A stretch of DNA of 32,000 bases from an uncultured Methanobacteriaceae archaeon (GTDB lineage Archaea; Methanobacteriota; Methanobacteria; Methanobacteriales; Methanobacteriaceae). The DNA lies in the NCBI GenBank assembly GCA_963698135.1, contig CAVOPP010000012.1, positions 112,385 through 144,384 on the forward strand, read 5' to 3'. The position numbers and the translations under genes were made by a program. Below the pieces are notes generated by a model. That model saw only the letters and a program-made list of their open reading frames with translations, did no database searches and was not told where the DNA came from. Of this stretch, positions 16,990 through 25,970 are shown piece by piece; the first letter of the stretch is position 1; the number at the start of each line of letters is the position of its first letter.

Positions 16990-17367
16990 TCAGTCCCTAA
17001 GTGATTTTAAAGCCAGATCCACATTAATTCTCAATTCCTGATTATCAAGTGGTTTTAATAAAAAACAATGAGGACGGGTTTCCAGAGTTCTCTCTACCAG
17101 TTTTTCATCAATATATGCACTGAAATATATCACCGGAACATCCAGCACATTTTTAATTTCGGCCAGGGACGATATATTGTCCCGGCCATTTTTTTGAAAA
17201 ACTTCGGCCAGTATCATATCTGGGGAGTTTTGAAGAGCCCATTCAACTGCTTCTTCCCCCTTAACCGCAATGAATGGACATTCATATCCCCAGGAGATTA
17301 CACTGCACTGTAATTCCATGGCCACCAGAGATTCGTCTTCTATGATGAGAATTTTTGGTTTGGTCAT
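16990..17367 (-). CDS. Stand-alone receiver (CheY-like) domain with Glu at the phospho-acceptor position
   Basis: 125 aa. KILIIEDE (acidic pocket), SPDMILAEVF (canonical ...D.ilxDi..P; Glu55 where Asp is expected), VIYFSAY (the T/S position) and LLKPLD (the conserved Lys). Confidence 0.8.
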   Translation of the reverse strand: MTKPKILIIEDESLVAMELQCSVISWGYECPFIAVKGEEAVEWALQNSPDMILAEVFQKNGRDNISSLAEIKNVLDVPVIYFSAYIDEKLVERTLETRPHCFLLKPLDNQELRINVDLALKSLRD

Positions 17368-17369
17368 GG

Positions 17370-17921
17370 CTATTTAGATACAGTTACGTATTTGGCATCT
17401 ATTTCCGGAAGGGTTATTTCCCATCCTGCCTGGGATTCATAGGTGTAACTTCCTACTACTTCTCCATAGATAGTTATCATACTATCTTCAAGGGCTGATG
17501 TGGTTCCAGCATAAGTTACATAGACAGTATCACCGAAGTTATCATTTACATCCATTCTAATGTCTGTTAAACCGCCACTTTCCATTATTTGGATTACTCT
17601 TCCAGAAAGTTTCACTCTTTCCCCTGCATGACTTTCTGGATTTTTATTGAGCTCTTTGAAACTAATTTTTTTACAAGACGCTTTATAATCACTTTCTGAT
17701 TCAACGGGTTGTGGTGAAGTTGTTGATGAGGAACTAGAATCATCAGAACTGGTAGAATTGGTAGTGCTGGCATCAGGTGACATAAATCCTCCTGCAACTA
17801 CTAATATTAAAAGTCCTAAGCAGCAAAATCCTGCTAAACCTAAAACAGCCTTTGATTTACCGCTTTGTTTACTCCACCATCCCCCAGTGGGTTCATTTAT
17901 ATCAGAATCACTCATAATCAC
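17370..17921 (-). CDS. Membrane-anchored protein with a Ser/Thr-rich linker and a C-terminal beta-rich (OB-like) domain
   Basis: 183 aa. It has one TM helix (AVLGLAGFCCLGLLILVVAGGF), the linker TTNSTSSDDSSSSSTTSP and then ...HAGERVKLSGRVIQIMESG...VYVTYAG...ITIYGEVVGSYTYESQAGWEITLPEIDAKYV. Its stop lies 2 nt before the receiver gene start. Confidence 0.55.
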   Translation of the reverse strand: MIMSDSDINEPTGGWWSKQSGKSKAVLGLAGFCCLGLLILVVAGGFMSPDASTTNSTSSDDSSSSSTTSPQPVESESDYKASCKKISFKELNKNPESHAGERVKLSGRVIQIMESGGLTDIRMDVNDNFGDTVYVTYAGTTSALEDSMITIYGEVVGSYTYESQAGWEITLPEIDAKYVTVSK

Positions 17922-17947
17922 ACCTCCATTTCCAGGCCATTAAGGGA

Positions 17948-18331
17948 TTAATTTACCAGTAAATAGAATTTTAAGGACTTAACCAGTATGGCTAAACCTA
18001 ATCCTGCTATAATTCCAGTGAAGAATCTCAAGGTATTGTTACTTTTTCTCATTCCCAGTAGCTGGGTAAATCCATCTAAAAATGTGGGAACAATCATCAA
18101 GGCCCCTGCTGTAATTAAATAGCAGTTATAATCTATTTTTACCAGATAAGCCAGTGCAAAATAGGAGAAAGCTCCTAAATATATTCCAGTACACCTGGAA
18201 CAAACAGGTAAGTATTTACCTCTTATTTTAAAGGTTCGCTCTGGAATTCTATGGCAGATCAATACTGAAATTGCTTTTTTTGGTTTTTGTTTTTCAGATA
18301 TTTCCTGCACATGTTCTAATTTATATTGCAC
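17948..18331 (-). CDS. DUF2085 family membrane protein
   Basis: 127 aa. CHRIPERTFKIRGKYLPVCSRCTGIYLG is the signature CH..PeRsF...g...PvCaRCtGiy.G of DUF2085, followed by TM helices. Confidence 0.75.
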   Translation of the reverse strand: MQYKLEHVQEISEKQKPKKAISVLICHRIPERTFKIRGKYLPVCSRCTGIYLGAFSYFALAYLVKIDYNCYLITAGALMIVPTFLDGFTQLLGMRKSNNTLRFFTGIIAGLGLAILVKSLKFYLLVN

Positions 18332-18856
18332 ATAATCACCTAACTATGGCTCTGTATATAGTAATTATTCATAATCCTATATAAATGTATATGTTTTATA
18401 TTCACAAAAAAAATTATTTATAAAATTGTTAATATTTTATATGCTGTATATATAAATGCTATTATTTTAATTGTTTAATATATACTTAATTAATTAATAT
18501 TTGGGGTGATATGATATAAACATTATTGTTAATTTGTATAAATTTTAAAAATCAATTAGGAATTTCAGGATAATATCATTTTTATATTGTTTATCTTTAT
18601 CAAATTTGAATATAAAATATGTATTATTCCATTTTTTTATTCAATAGTTAATATAATAAAAAAAATTAGATTTGTCAATTAATGTTTTGTATTTAGAATT
18701 TAACCATAAAAAATTCTTTTATAACTGAGGTGTGAATACTACAGTGTTTTTAGGCAAAATATATATTATATAGTTAAAACATATCATTTCATTGTAGAAT
18801 ACATTGTTAAACCTTCACATATATTGAAGGTATTAAAAGCTAAGGAAAGTGGTAAT

Positions 18857-19450
18857 ATGGAGACAACATTGATTTCCACGATATACGCCATTGAGCCGGT
18901 TATGATTTGCATCACCAATTTTTCTCCTAAAAAGGTTATTCTTTTAAGGGAAGATGGTGCACCTGACGAAAAAACCAAGGTGGAACAGATCTTAAATGAT
19001 ACGGTAGGTAAATTTATAGAAATTGTTCCTAAAGAAACCAGTCTTTATAATGTGGTGAAAGTCGCTGAAGACACTACCAGTGTTATTGAAGACGAAAGAG
19101 CCAATGGAAGACGAGTTGTGGTTAATATTAGTGGAGGCCGGAAACCTCAGGCCCTGGGCGCTTTATTTGGTTGTTATGCCCGTCACCACGATGTGGAAAG
19201 GATAGTATATGTAACAGAAGAAGACAGTGAAATTATTGATCTACCTATTTTAAATTTTGGAATTTCTAAAACAAAAAAAGAAGTGCTGGAAGAATTACAG
19301 AAAGGTGAAACTTCTGTTAAGAACCTGGCCGTTAAAATCGGAATCAGTAGGGGAATGACCTACAATCACATCCGTGAATTAAGAGAAATGGGTTTTATTG
19401 CCCAGGACAAACTGGAAATTACTTCAGCCGGGGAACTGGCAGTAATTTAA
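18857..19450 (+). CDS. Csa3-like CARF + winged-HTH regulator ('CRISPR locus-related DNA-binding protein' type)
   Basis: The track ORF begins at TTG 18824; ATG 18857 ([10 protein letters not shown]...) is the more likely start. The N-terminal Rossmann strand [10 protein letters not shown] and the second CARF motif [19 protein letters not shown] parallel Csa3 (FVTMGF ... DLTMGMRM). The C-terminus is a wHTH ([42 protein letters not shown]). Confidence 0.6.
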   Translation: METTLISTIYAIEPVMICITNFSPKKVILLREDGAPDEKTKVEQILNDTVGKFIEIVPKETSLYNVVKVAEDTTSVIEDERANGRRVVVNISGGRKPQALGALFGCYARHHDVERIVYVTEEDSEIIDLPILNFGISKTKKEVLEELQKGETSVKNLAVKIGISRGMTYNHIRELREMGFIAQDKLEITSAGELAVI

Positions 19451-19746
19451 CAATTTTTTTTATTTTACCCGGTTAAATGGAATGTTTTAACTCTTTTTAA
19501 CAATTGTTAAAATTAATTTATTATTTTTTCCAGGATTATTTTTAATATTAATTGCTTATGTATAATTTCAGTTAATTTTTTAAGTATAGATTTACAACTA
19601 TTATAACATATCAATTAAAATTGAACTTTAATAAGATTTTTAATACTTTAATAAATTACTTTTAAATAAATATTATAGAATTTAGTTACTAAAAAATATT
19701 TAAAGTTAATTTTTCTAATAGAATAATTAGAATAGATGGTTAAAAA

Positions 19747-20460
19747 ATGGATAAAAAGAATATTATTATCATTATATTGTTTATAGCCATAGTAGGCCTT
19801 TCTGCAAATGCCTATATACAATATGTTGCCATATCTGAAAATTTGATTGTGGGGGAGCACACCATTCTGGTACTGGGTGTAGACGAGACTGAAAAAAGGC
19901 CCGGACTAGGAGCAGTGGACATGGCGATTATAGTAAAAATGAATGATGGTGAAATAACCAATATCAGTCAGATTTACCCTGGGGGAATGGTACATCCAAC
20001 AGCTCCAGTTCCGGCGTATTTGCAGAGTATAGGTGAGGGTAAACTGCGTCTGCATGATGCTTTATGGGAAAATAATACAGAGCAAGGTGCTACCTATGCC
20101 CGGGAGATTGTGGAATATAACACCGGTGTGAAACCGGATATTGTTGTTCTGGTCACCACGGAAGCAGTGGATGCCATGATTGCATCTATTGGATCTATAG
20201 ATGTGAGTGGGGGAAATATCTCTGGTGACTCTCTGGAAACACTACGTAGTGAGCAGAGTAGTCTGGGGGAAACCCGTGGAGATGCTGTTCAGGGAATGAT
20301 GTCTTCCATATTAAATGCCACCCAGAAGGATAAAACTAAATACATTGCTCTGGTTAACACGGCTTCTGACCAGTACAATCAGGGAAATATTTATGTTTAC
20401 CCCGAGGGAGCATTTAAGAACTTCTTAATTGCGGAAGGTATTCATAAAGCCATTACTTAA
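19747..20460 (+). CDS. Membrane-anchored extracytoplasmic protein with a divergent LCP (LytR-CpsA-Psr)-like core
   Basis: 237 aa with an N-terminal TM helix. ILVLGVDE...GAVDMAIIVKMNDGEITNISQIYPGGMV...IVEYNTGVKPDIVVLVTTEAVDAMIASIGSIDV lines up by eye with LCP blocks (iLllGsDsR..gRsDtimlvsi.p....l.SIPRDtyv...v...l.i.idyyv.vnf.gf..lvdalGGv.v). The conserved Arg residues are not present. Confidence 0.4.
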   Translation: MDKKNIIIIILFIAIVGLSANAYIQYVAISENLIVGEHTILVLGVDETEKRPGLGAVDMAIIVKMNDGEITNISQIYPGGMVHPTAPVPAYLQSIGEGKLRLHDALWENNTEQGATYAREIVEYNTGVKPDIVVLVTTEAVDAMIASIGSIDVSGGNISGDSLETLRSEQSSLGETRGDAVQGMMSSILNATQKDKTKYIALVNTASDQYNQGNIYVYPEGAFKNFLIAEGIHKAIT

Positions 20461-20461
20461 A

Positions 20462-20469
20462 TTTTTTTT
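20462..20469 (+). terminator. Oligo-T tract (T8) directly after the stop of the 19747..20460 gene
   Basis: The sequence taaattttttttatttttc was seen directly. Confidence 0.45.
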
Positions 20470-20539
20470 ATTTTTCTTATTTTTTGCATGGAATACCCTA
20501 ATTAATTTAATATTTACAGTACATGTTAACTAAATTTAT

Positions 20540-20561
20540 CATACACTTCAAGTGTAAAAAA
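20540..20561. repeat. Copy 1 of a 22-bp direct repeat containing the palindrome ACACTT-C-AAGTGT
   Basis: catacacttcaagtgtaaaaaa is identical to 20619-20640. Confidence 0.85.
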
Positions 20562-20618
20562 AGACACATAAAGTGATATTAATTATATGTTTTTGTTATA
20601 CCGTTGAATAAGTACTAA

Positions 20619-20640
20619 CATACACTTCAAGTGTAAAAAA
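20619..20640. repeat. Copy 2 of the 22-bp direct repeat containing the palindrome ACACTT-C-AAGTGT
   Basis: catacacttcaagtgtaaaaaa lies 79 bp (start to start) from copy 1. Confidence 0.85.
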
Positions 20641-20782
20641 GTAGGCAAAATAAGAAATTGTTTTATATTAAATTTTTTGATTGGTTTAATTTTTAAAACC
20701 AGAATAATTTATTCAAATAGCAAATTCTAAACTTTTAATAACTAAATAAATAGGTTTATTTTAATGATTATAGACTTTAAGA

Positions 20783-23584
20783 TTAAGGCAACATGTCCTC
20801 ACAACAGAAACTAAAGAAGCAATTAACGCATCTAGTGCTGGGAATGGCTATAAATTCTTTATTATTTATCCCCTTACATATGTCCTGGATATGTGATTCG
20901 ATCTCCTGGAAATCTTTTTCCCGGGGGAAGTAAGTCTTATCATTATTGTCAAAGTGATAGGCACACATTTTATCAAAATTATACTTTTTTTGCAGGCCGT
21001 ATTCATATATTTTAAGCTGTAACTCCACCTGCAACCTTTCCAATGCAGATTCGCCCCGGGCCTTAAAATCAACCAGTTCCAATTCCTCCCGGGAATTTTT
21101 GATAATCAAATCGGTCCTTCCGGTAATCAGGGTATCACCTTTAAAGAGGGCAAAAGGTTCTTCAGTGGACACCACTTCTTTAATGTAATTTTTCATGTCA
21201 TGGTAGTAATAAAACAGTTTTTCCACCAGCTGGGCCTTATTAAACTGGTCTTCTGACTCATCATCATTTAGGGCAGCCCATGATTTATCCACAAAACACT
21301 CAATCCGCTCTTTATTAATAACCTCTTTAACCTGCATGGCCTGGTGAATCCGGTTCAGGCAGTGGTGCAGTATAGTACCGTATTTCTGCATCTGAGTGGG
21401 CTGGTACTCGAATAAATAGTAATAAATCAATTTATATCTAAATGGGCATGTTTCATAGGTGCTGATAGATGAGAAAGAAACTTGCAGGGGGTTGTGGGCC
21501 ACATCCCTTTCTTCACATTTTTCAATGATTTTATCCACATCAGAAAATTCTTCAATACCAATATCATGCTCAATAAACTGTGATTTTTTCCCGCCAGGGG
21601 ATATGATCAGGTTGTCCTGGGCCCGGGTCATGGCCACGTAAAATAATCTTCTCTCTTCATTTATCTGGCCATCAGGAACGAATTTTAAAAGTTCAGAAGG
21701 TAAGGGTAGAATATCTTTATGCTGGCCTTTCATGGGGAATTTCTTTTCTGCCGCCCCGCAGATAAATACCACGGGAAATTCCAGACCCTTGGCCTGATGC
21801 ACAGTCATAATTTTCAAGGAACGGGGATCTTCCAGCATCTCCTCGTCGTACTGCATTTTTTTAGGTAATTTAAATAAAAATTTAAGAAAATCTTCCAGGG
21901 AAGGCTCCTTAGAAAACTCCTGGTATCGTTTAATTATCCCTGAGAGCTTGGAAAGGTTAAAGAGAATGTCCTCATTTTTTTCTTCTTCCCAATCTAAGGG
22001 AGTGTCCATAGTGGGAGGTTTTTCCGGGAGTTTTAATTCTCTCTGGGGATGAGCACCCAGAGTTAATAGTTTAAGGTACTGGGAAATATCAAGTATTTTA
22101 TAGAATACGGATAAAACGTCCATGTCCCGGGTTTTTAAATCATTTTTAAATTTATTCAGGGCGGATATCTGGCAGATATCTTCTTGATTAGTTATACCTA
22201 GTTTTTTAAAATCATCCGGGGTGTGTAGGGTGCCCAGTTCTATTTTATTTTCTTCATCTTCCTGGATACTTTTAAGAATATCTACGGTGGATGGACTGAT
22301 AGCCATTAAATCATTTGAAAGTAAGTCTAAATCCCACCACTTGCCCCAGCGGGTTTTGAATTTCTTTCCATATTCTTTAGAATCCACATAATGCATCAGG
22401 TAAAGCATGGTCTGTATTTCTTCCCTTTTAAGGAATGATTTATCTCCCCGGATGGTGTAGGGGATCTTTTCCTTTTTCAGTTCCTGGACAATGGCCCCGG
22501 CATGATTTTTCACACTTCTAAAAAGCAAGGTGACATAACCATAATGGGGAATGATGTCATGCTCCTTCATATCGTGAATAAGCTTCACGATTTGATGGGC
22601 CTCTTCTCCTTCAGTATTGTTTTTGAGTAGCACCAGTTCATTTCCTTTACTGCGCCATGGTTCTATCTCTTTTTCAATGTGCCGGTGCTTACCCATGAAT
22701 AATTCTGAAGCCTTAATGATATTTTTGGTGGAGCGGAAGTTTTTACTTAAGCGCACCACCCGGGTATCAGGATATTTCTCAGGGAACTTGACAAAATTAA
22801 AGATATTGGCCCCTCTAAATGAGTAAATGCTCTGATCATCGTCACCCACCACGCAGATGTTATTTGCTGGCCGGGTAATTAGCTGGAAAATCCTATCCTG
22901 CAAGGGGCTGGTGTCCTGATACTCATCAATAAGTAAAAATTGATATTGTTTTCTCAAATCATTTAAAACCGTTTCGTTGTTTTCTAGAATATCCAGAACG
23001 GCAATTTGAAGGCCAGAAAAATCAATTTTATGCTGCCGGTGGAGTAATTCCAGATATTTTTTATAGGAAAGGCAGATTTTCTGATAGGTTTTATTATTTG
23101 GATAGCTGGCTTTGATTTTTTCAATTAAAATATCCGGGTCTATCTCATTTTCCCCGCATTTATTGTAAAAATCCATAAGGCCCATTAAACGATCTTCCCT
23201 AAAACCAAATGCCTCCAGATTACTCCTTAAAAAAATTAGCTGGCTATCGTCATCCAGCACATCAAATCCCGTGCCCAGGTGGTGATATTCTGGATAACTT
23301 TCTAAAATGGATTTACAAAAAGAGTGAATGGTGGATATATGGACACTTTCGGCCAGTTCCCCAATTTCCTTACTTAAACGGACCTTCAACTCTTCAGAGG
23401 CCTTTATGGTAAAGGTGGTTAGCAGTATATTTTCAGGAGAAACCTTATGGTGTTTAATTAGATGGGAAACCCTCTGAATTAGAACCCAGGTCTTACCGGC
23501 ACCCGGCCCGGCCACAATCATTAATGGGCCTTTATAGTGAGTAATGGCCTTTTTTTGTTGGGTGGTGAGGGTTTTACTGGTCAT
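20783..23584 (-). CDS. UvrD/PcrA-type superfamily-1 helicase fused to a C-terminal Cas4/AddB-type PD-(D/E)XK nuclease with Fe-S cysteines
   Basis: 933 aa. Walker A VAGPGAGKTWV, motif II LLIDEYQDTSPLQ, VGDDDQSIYSFRGA, MTVHQAKGLEFPVVFI and LFYVAMTRAQ. The nuclease part has STYETCPFRYKL, GRTDLII, LELVDFKA, QLKIYEY and C-terminal CVNCFFSFCC (C...CX2CX5C). Confidence 0.85.
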   Translation of the reverse strand: MTSKTLTTQQKKAITHYKGPLMIVAGPGAGKTWVLIQRVSHLIKHHKVSPENILLTTFTIKASEELKVRLSKEIGELAESVHISTIHSFCKSILESYPEYHHLGTGFDVLDDDSQLIFLRSNLEAFGFREDRLMGLMDFYNKCGENEIDPDILIEKIKASYPNNKTYQKICLSYKKYLELLHRQHKIDFSGLQIAVLDILENNETVLNDLRKQYQFLLIDEYQDTSPLQDRIFQLITRPANNICVVGDDDQSIYSFRGANIFNFVKFPEKYPDTRVVRLSKNFRSTKNIIKASELFMGKHRHIEKEIEPWRSKGNELVLLKNNTEGEEAHQIVKLIHDMKEHDIIPHYGYVTLLFRSVKNHAGAIVQELKKEKIPYTIRGDKSFLKREEIQTMLYLMHYVDSKEYGKKFKTRWGKWWDLDLLSNDLMAISPSTVDILKSIQEDEENKIELGTLHTPDDFKKLGITNQEDICQISALNKFKNDLKTRDMDVLSVFYKILDISQYLKLLTLGAHPQRELKLPEKPPTMDTPLDWEEEKNEDILFNLSKLSGIIKRYQEFSKEPSLEDFLKFLFKLPKKMQYDEEMLEDPRSLKIMTVHQAKGLEFPVVFICGAAEKKFPMKGQHKDILPLPSELLKFVPDGQINEERRLFYVAMTRAQDNLIISPGGKKSQFIEHDIGIEEFSDVDKIIEKCEERDVAHNPLQVSFSSISTYETCPFRYKLIYYYLFEYQPTQMQKYGTILHHCLNRIHQAMQVKEVINKERIECFVDKSWAALNDDESEDQFNKAQLVEKLFYYYHDMKNYIKEVVSTEEPFALFKGDTLITGRTDLIIKNSREELELVDFKARGESALERLQVELQLKIYEYGLQKKYNFDKMCAYHFDNNDKTYFPREKDFQEIESHIQDICKGINNKEFIAIPSTRCVNCFFSFCCEDMLP

Positions 23585-23858
23585 GGTATCCTTTAGGCTA
23601 ATATGGTTTAATTGATTATTATTAAAATATTTTTAAAATAATCAATTTTATTCTTTATGTGTTTAATTAGGAATTAAATGAATATAATTTTTTTTATTTT
23701 TTATAAATAACTGCAAAAGTCTGGAAAACTTCTAAATGGAGAATATTTGTATTCATAGCCAGAAAGGGCGTATAATTGAAGCACCCTTTGAATAAAAAAC
23801 TTTTTATATTAAAACTTTTAAATTAAAAATTAACTTAAAAAATTATCTTGATAGTGGG

Positions 23859-24254
23859 GTGTTATGGGTGAAAATCAGAATAAGTATAACCTGGTTAATG
23901 GTTTTATTTTTTATTAGCGCTGCCTTTCCAGTTATAGAACCGGTGGCTGCAGTCCAAAAGGGTGATTTAATAGATCACGGGACCAAATATACAACCAGTG
24001 AGGCCAAATGCGACTGGAAAACTTACTGGTACAGTGAAAGTACCCGGAAAATTGTTAAATCCTATTATTACCTTGAAAATAATAAATGGGTTTTTGATTT
24101 CCAGTATTCCGTGGTATTACAAAAAATTTCTTCTACTCAAATTAAAATAAGCTCAGAAGACGCTGGGGGAATGAATACTTACTATGTAAATACTAAATTA
24201 AGCACCAGGGACTATTACTGGAATGTTTACCGGCCAGAATGGCTGGAAAATTAA
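23859..24254 (+). CDS. Small secreted or membrane-anchored hypothetical protein
   Basis: 131 aa with a hydrophobic N-terminus (ITWLMVLFFISAAFPVIEPVAA) and a Tyr/Trp-rich mature part. GTG start. Confidence 0.45.
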   Translation: MLWVKIRISITWLMVLFFISAAFPVIEPVAAVQKGDLIDHGTKYTTSEAKCDWKTYWYSESTRKIVKSYYYLENNKWVFDFQYSVVLQKISSTQIKISSEDAGGMNTYYVNTKLSTRDYYWNVYRPEWLEN

Positions 24255-24300
24255 TTAATTTAATTTTAATCTACTTTTAATTTGTTTATTTATTTTAGAA

Positions 24301-24558
24301 TTATTCGTCATCTTCCTTTAATTCCCATCTGTCACATTTATCATTGAGATATACCTCAAAAAATAAATCTTTAATGCCTATTTCTTCCCCAACTCGTTCT
24401 TTTAATAACTCATAGAGAATTTCGCATTCACCATTGCCCCGGTAATCCCAATTGTAACTATTTTTACAATTCCAACATCCATCCAGTTCTTTAAAGCCAA
24501 ATTCGTTTTTTAACTTTTCTTTTTCACTTAAAATTAGTTTATATCTAGCTGCATCCAT
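24301..24558 (-). CDS. Small acidic Cys-containing hypothetical protein
   Basis: 85 aa, CWNC ... C ... C, with an acidic tail. It sits 75 nt downstream of the ARH gene on the same strand. Confidence 0.45.
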   Translation of the reverse strand: MDAARYKLILSEKEKLKNEFGFKELDGCWNCKNSYNWDYRGNGECEILYELLKERVGEEIGIKDLFFEVYLNDKCDRWELKEDDE

Positions 24559-24633
24559 ATTTATCCCCTCTTTTTGCTTTTAACTACTCAGCTACTATAA
24601 TTTTCCTTATTATTCCCTTTCTTATCTAACTTA

Positions 24634-25920
24634 CTACTTAGAATTTAAAATCAATCCTTCCACCAGTTTTTCAATCATTTCTTTCTGGGCCAGATTATTT
24701 ATCCACTTATCGGGAATACCACTTCTAGCGTAGTAGGCCCCGGCCAACTGCCCATAAATGGCCCCGGTGGTGTCGGCGTCCTCCCCCAGATTAACTGCCA
24801 GGAGAGCACCTTCTTTAAAATTTGTTGAATTGTAAAAGGCCCACAGGGCAGCTTCCAGTGATTTAACCACATATCCCCGGCCCCTAATTTCTGGAGGATT
24901 TTTAGTTTTAAAGGAGCCCTCAAAAACTTCCCTTAATTCTTCCTGCATTGGATTTTCTTCCCAGTAATTTTTAAGGGGAGTATAATCGGGGGATAGTAAT
25001 TTTTCCTTAGAAACTCCTTGTAAAGCACCACTAATTAAACCGGTGAGGTACTGGCAGGACTGGATGGCCAGTGGATGCTGGTGAGTGGTGCTGGAACTCA
25101 GTCTGGCGAATTCCAGGGCTTCCTGGGTATCAGAGAAATAAAATAAAGCAATAGGGGCTATGCGCATGAGGGAACCATTACCGGCGGACATCTTATGGGA
25201 AGGGCCACAATAAGGATTTCCAGTTTTTTCATAATCTTCCAGGGCCTCCCTGGTGGTATTTCCTATGTCAAAACAGGTGCCATTAACTGATAAGTATCCA
25301 TCCTGGTACCATTTGAGGAAATTTTGCATCTGGTGCTGGGCATCAAATCCCTGACAATTAATCAGGCTTTCGGCTGAGCACAGGGCCAGCGAGGTATCGT
25401 CGGTCCATTCACCAGTCTTTAAATTGTGAGGCCCACCAGAGGCAAAGTCAGTAACTGGCTCAAAACTTCCTGGGTCTTTAAATTCAACAGGTGCTCCCAG
25501 GGCATCACCCACGGCCAGTCCCAGGAGGCAGCCATAGAACCTGTCCTCTATTTCTGATTTGATTTCCATTAAATGATTCAATATTCTAAGGAGATGACCG
25601 TCTTTTATGAGATTGGCCACACTTCCACTGCAGAAACGGTCGGCCCGGACATAGGCCGTTAAAATTTTAGTAATAGTGCAAATATTGGCTTTTTCCAGGT
25701 TTTCCACGTGTTCCAGGGTGTTGAAGGCGGACCAATCAAAGGGCTGGATAAAGTGGTTTTCATAAAGGGCTCTAATAAATTCCAGGGTCTGGAAAGAATA
25801 TGCATAGGGATCCAGAGGGGATTTTTCGGCATCTACCTGGTAAAACTGGTTTTGAGGATTATTAAAATAATCATAAAATTGTAAAATATTATCCATGTTT
25901 TTTAAGGAAGGAATTATCAT
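24634..25920 (-). CDS. ADP-ribosylglycohydrolase (ARH/DraG family) with an extra N-terminal domain of about 125 aa
   Basis: 428 aa. ARH motifs: [44 protein letters not shown] and [19 protein letters not shown]. The N-terminal region (…[29 protein letters not shown]) lies outside the ARH fold. Confidence 0.85.
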   Translation of the reverse strand: MIIPSLKNMDNILQFYDYFNNPQNQFYQVDAEKSPLDPYAYSFQTLEFIRALYENHFIQPFDWSAFNTLEHVENLEKANICTITKILTAYVRADRFCSGSVANLIKDGHLLRILNHLMEIKSEIEDRFYGCLLGLAVGDALGAPVEFKDPGSFEPVTDFASGGPHNLKTGEWTDDTSLALCSAESLINCQGFDAQHQMQNFLKWYQDGYLSVNGTCFDIGNTTREALEDYEKTGNPYCGPSHKMSAGNGSLMRIAPIALFYFSDTQEALEFARLSSSTTHQHPLAIQSCQYLTGLISGALQGVSKEKLLSPDYTPLKNYWEENPMQEELREVFEGSFKTKNPPEIRGRGYVVKSLEAALWAFYNSTNFKEGALLAVNLGEDADTTGAIYGQLAGAYYARSGIPDKWINNLAQKEMIEKLVEGLILNSK

Positions 25921-25970
25921 TCATTTGCTCCTTTAATGGTAGTAAATTTGAGATATGTTTTTTAGTCGGA

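Noticed and set aside
20540-20640. The two 22-bp repeats as a minimal CRISPR array.
   Set aside because: There are only two copies, the repeat is short for a CRISPR repeat, there are no adjacent cas genes or leader, and the flanks are not similar.
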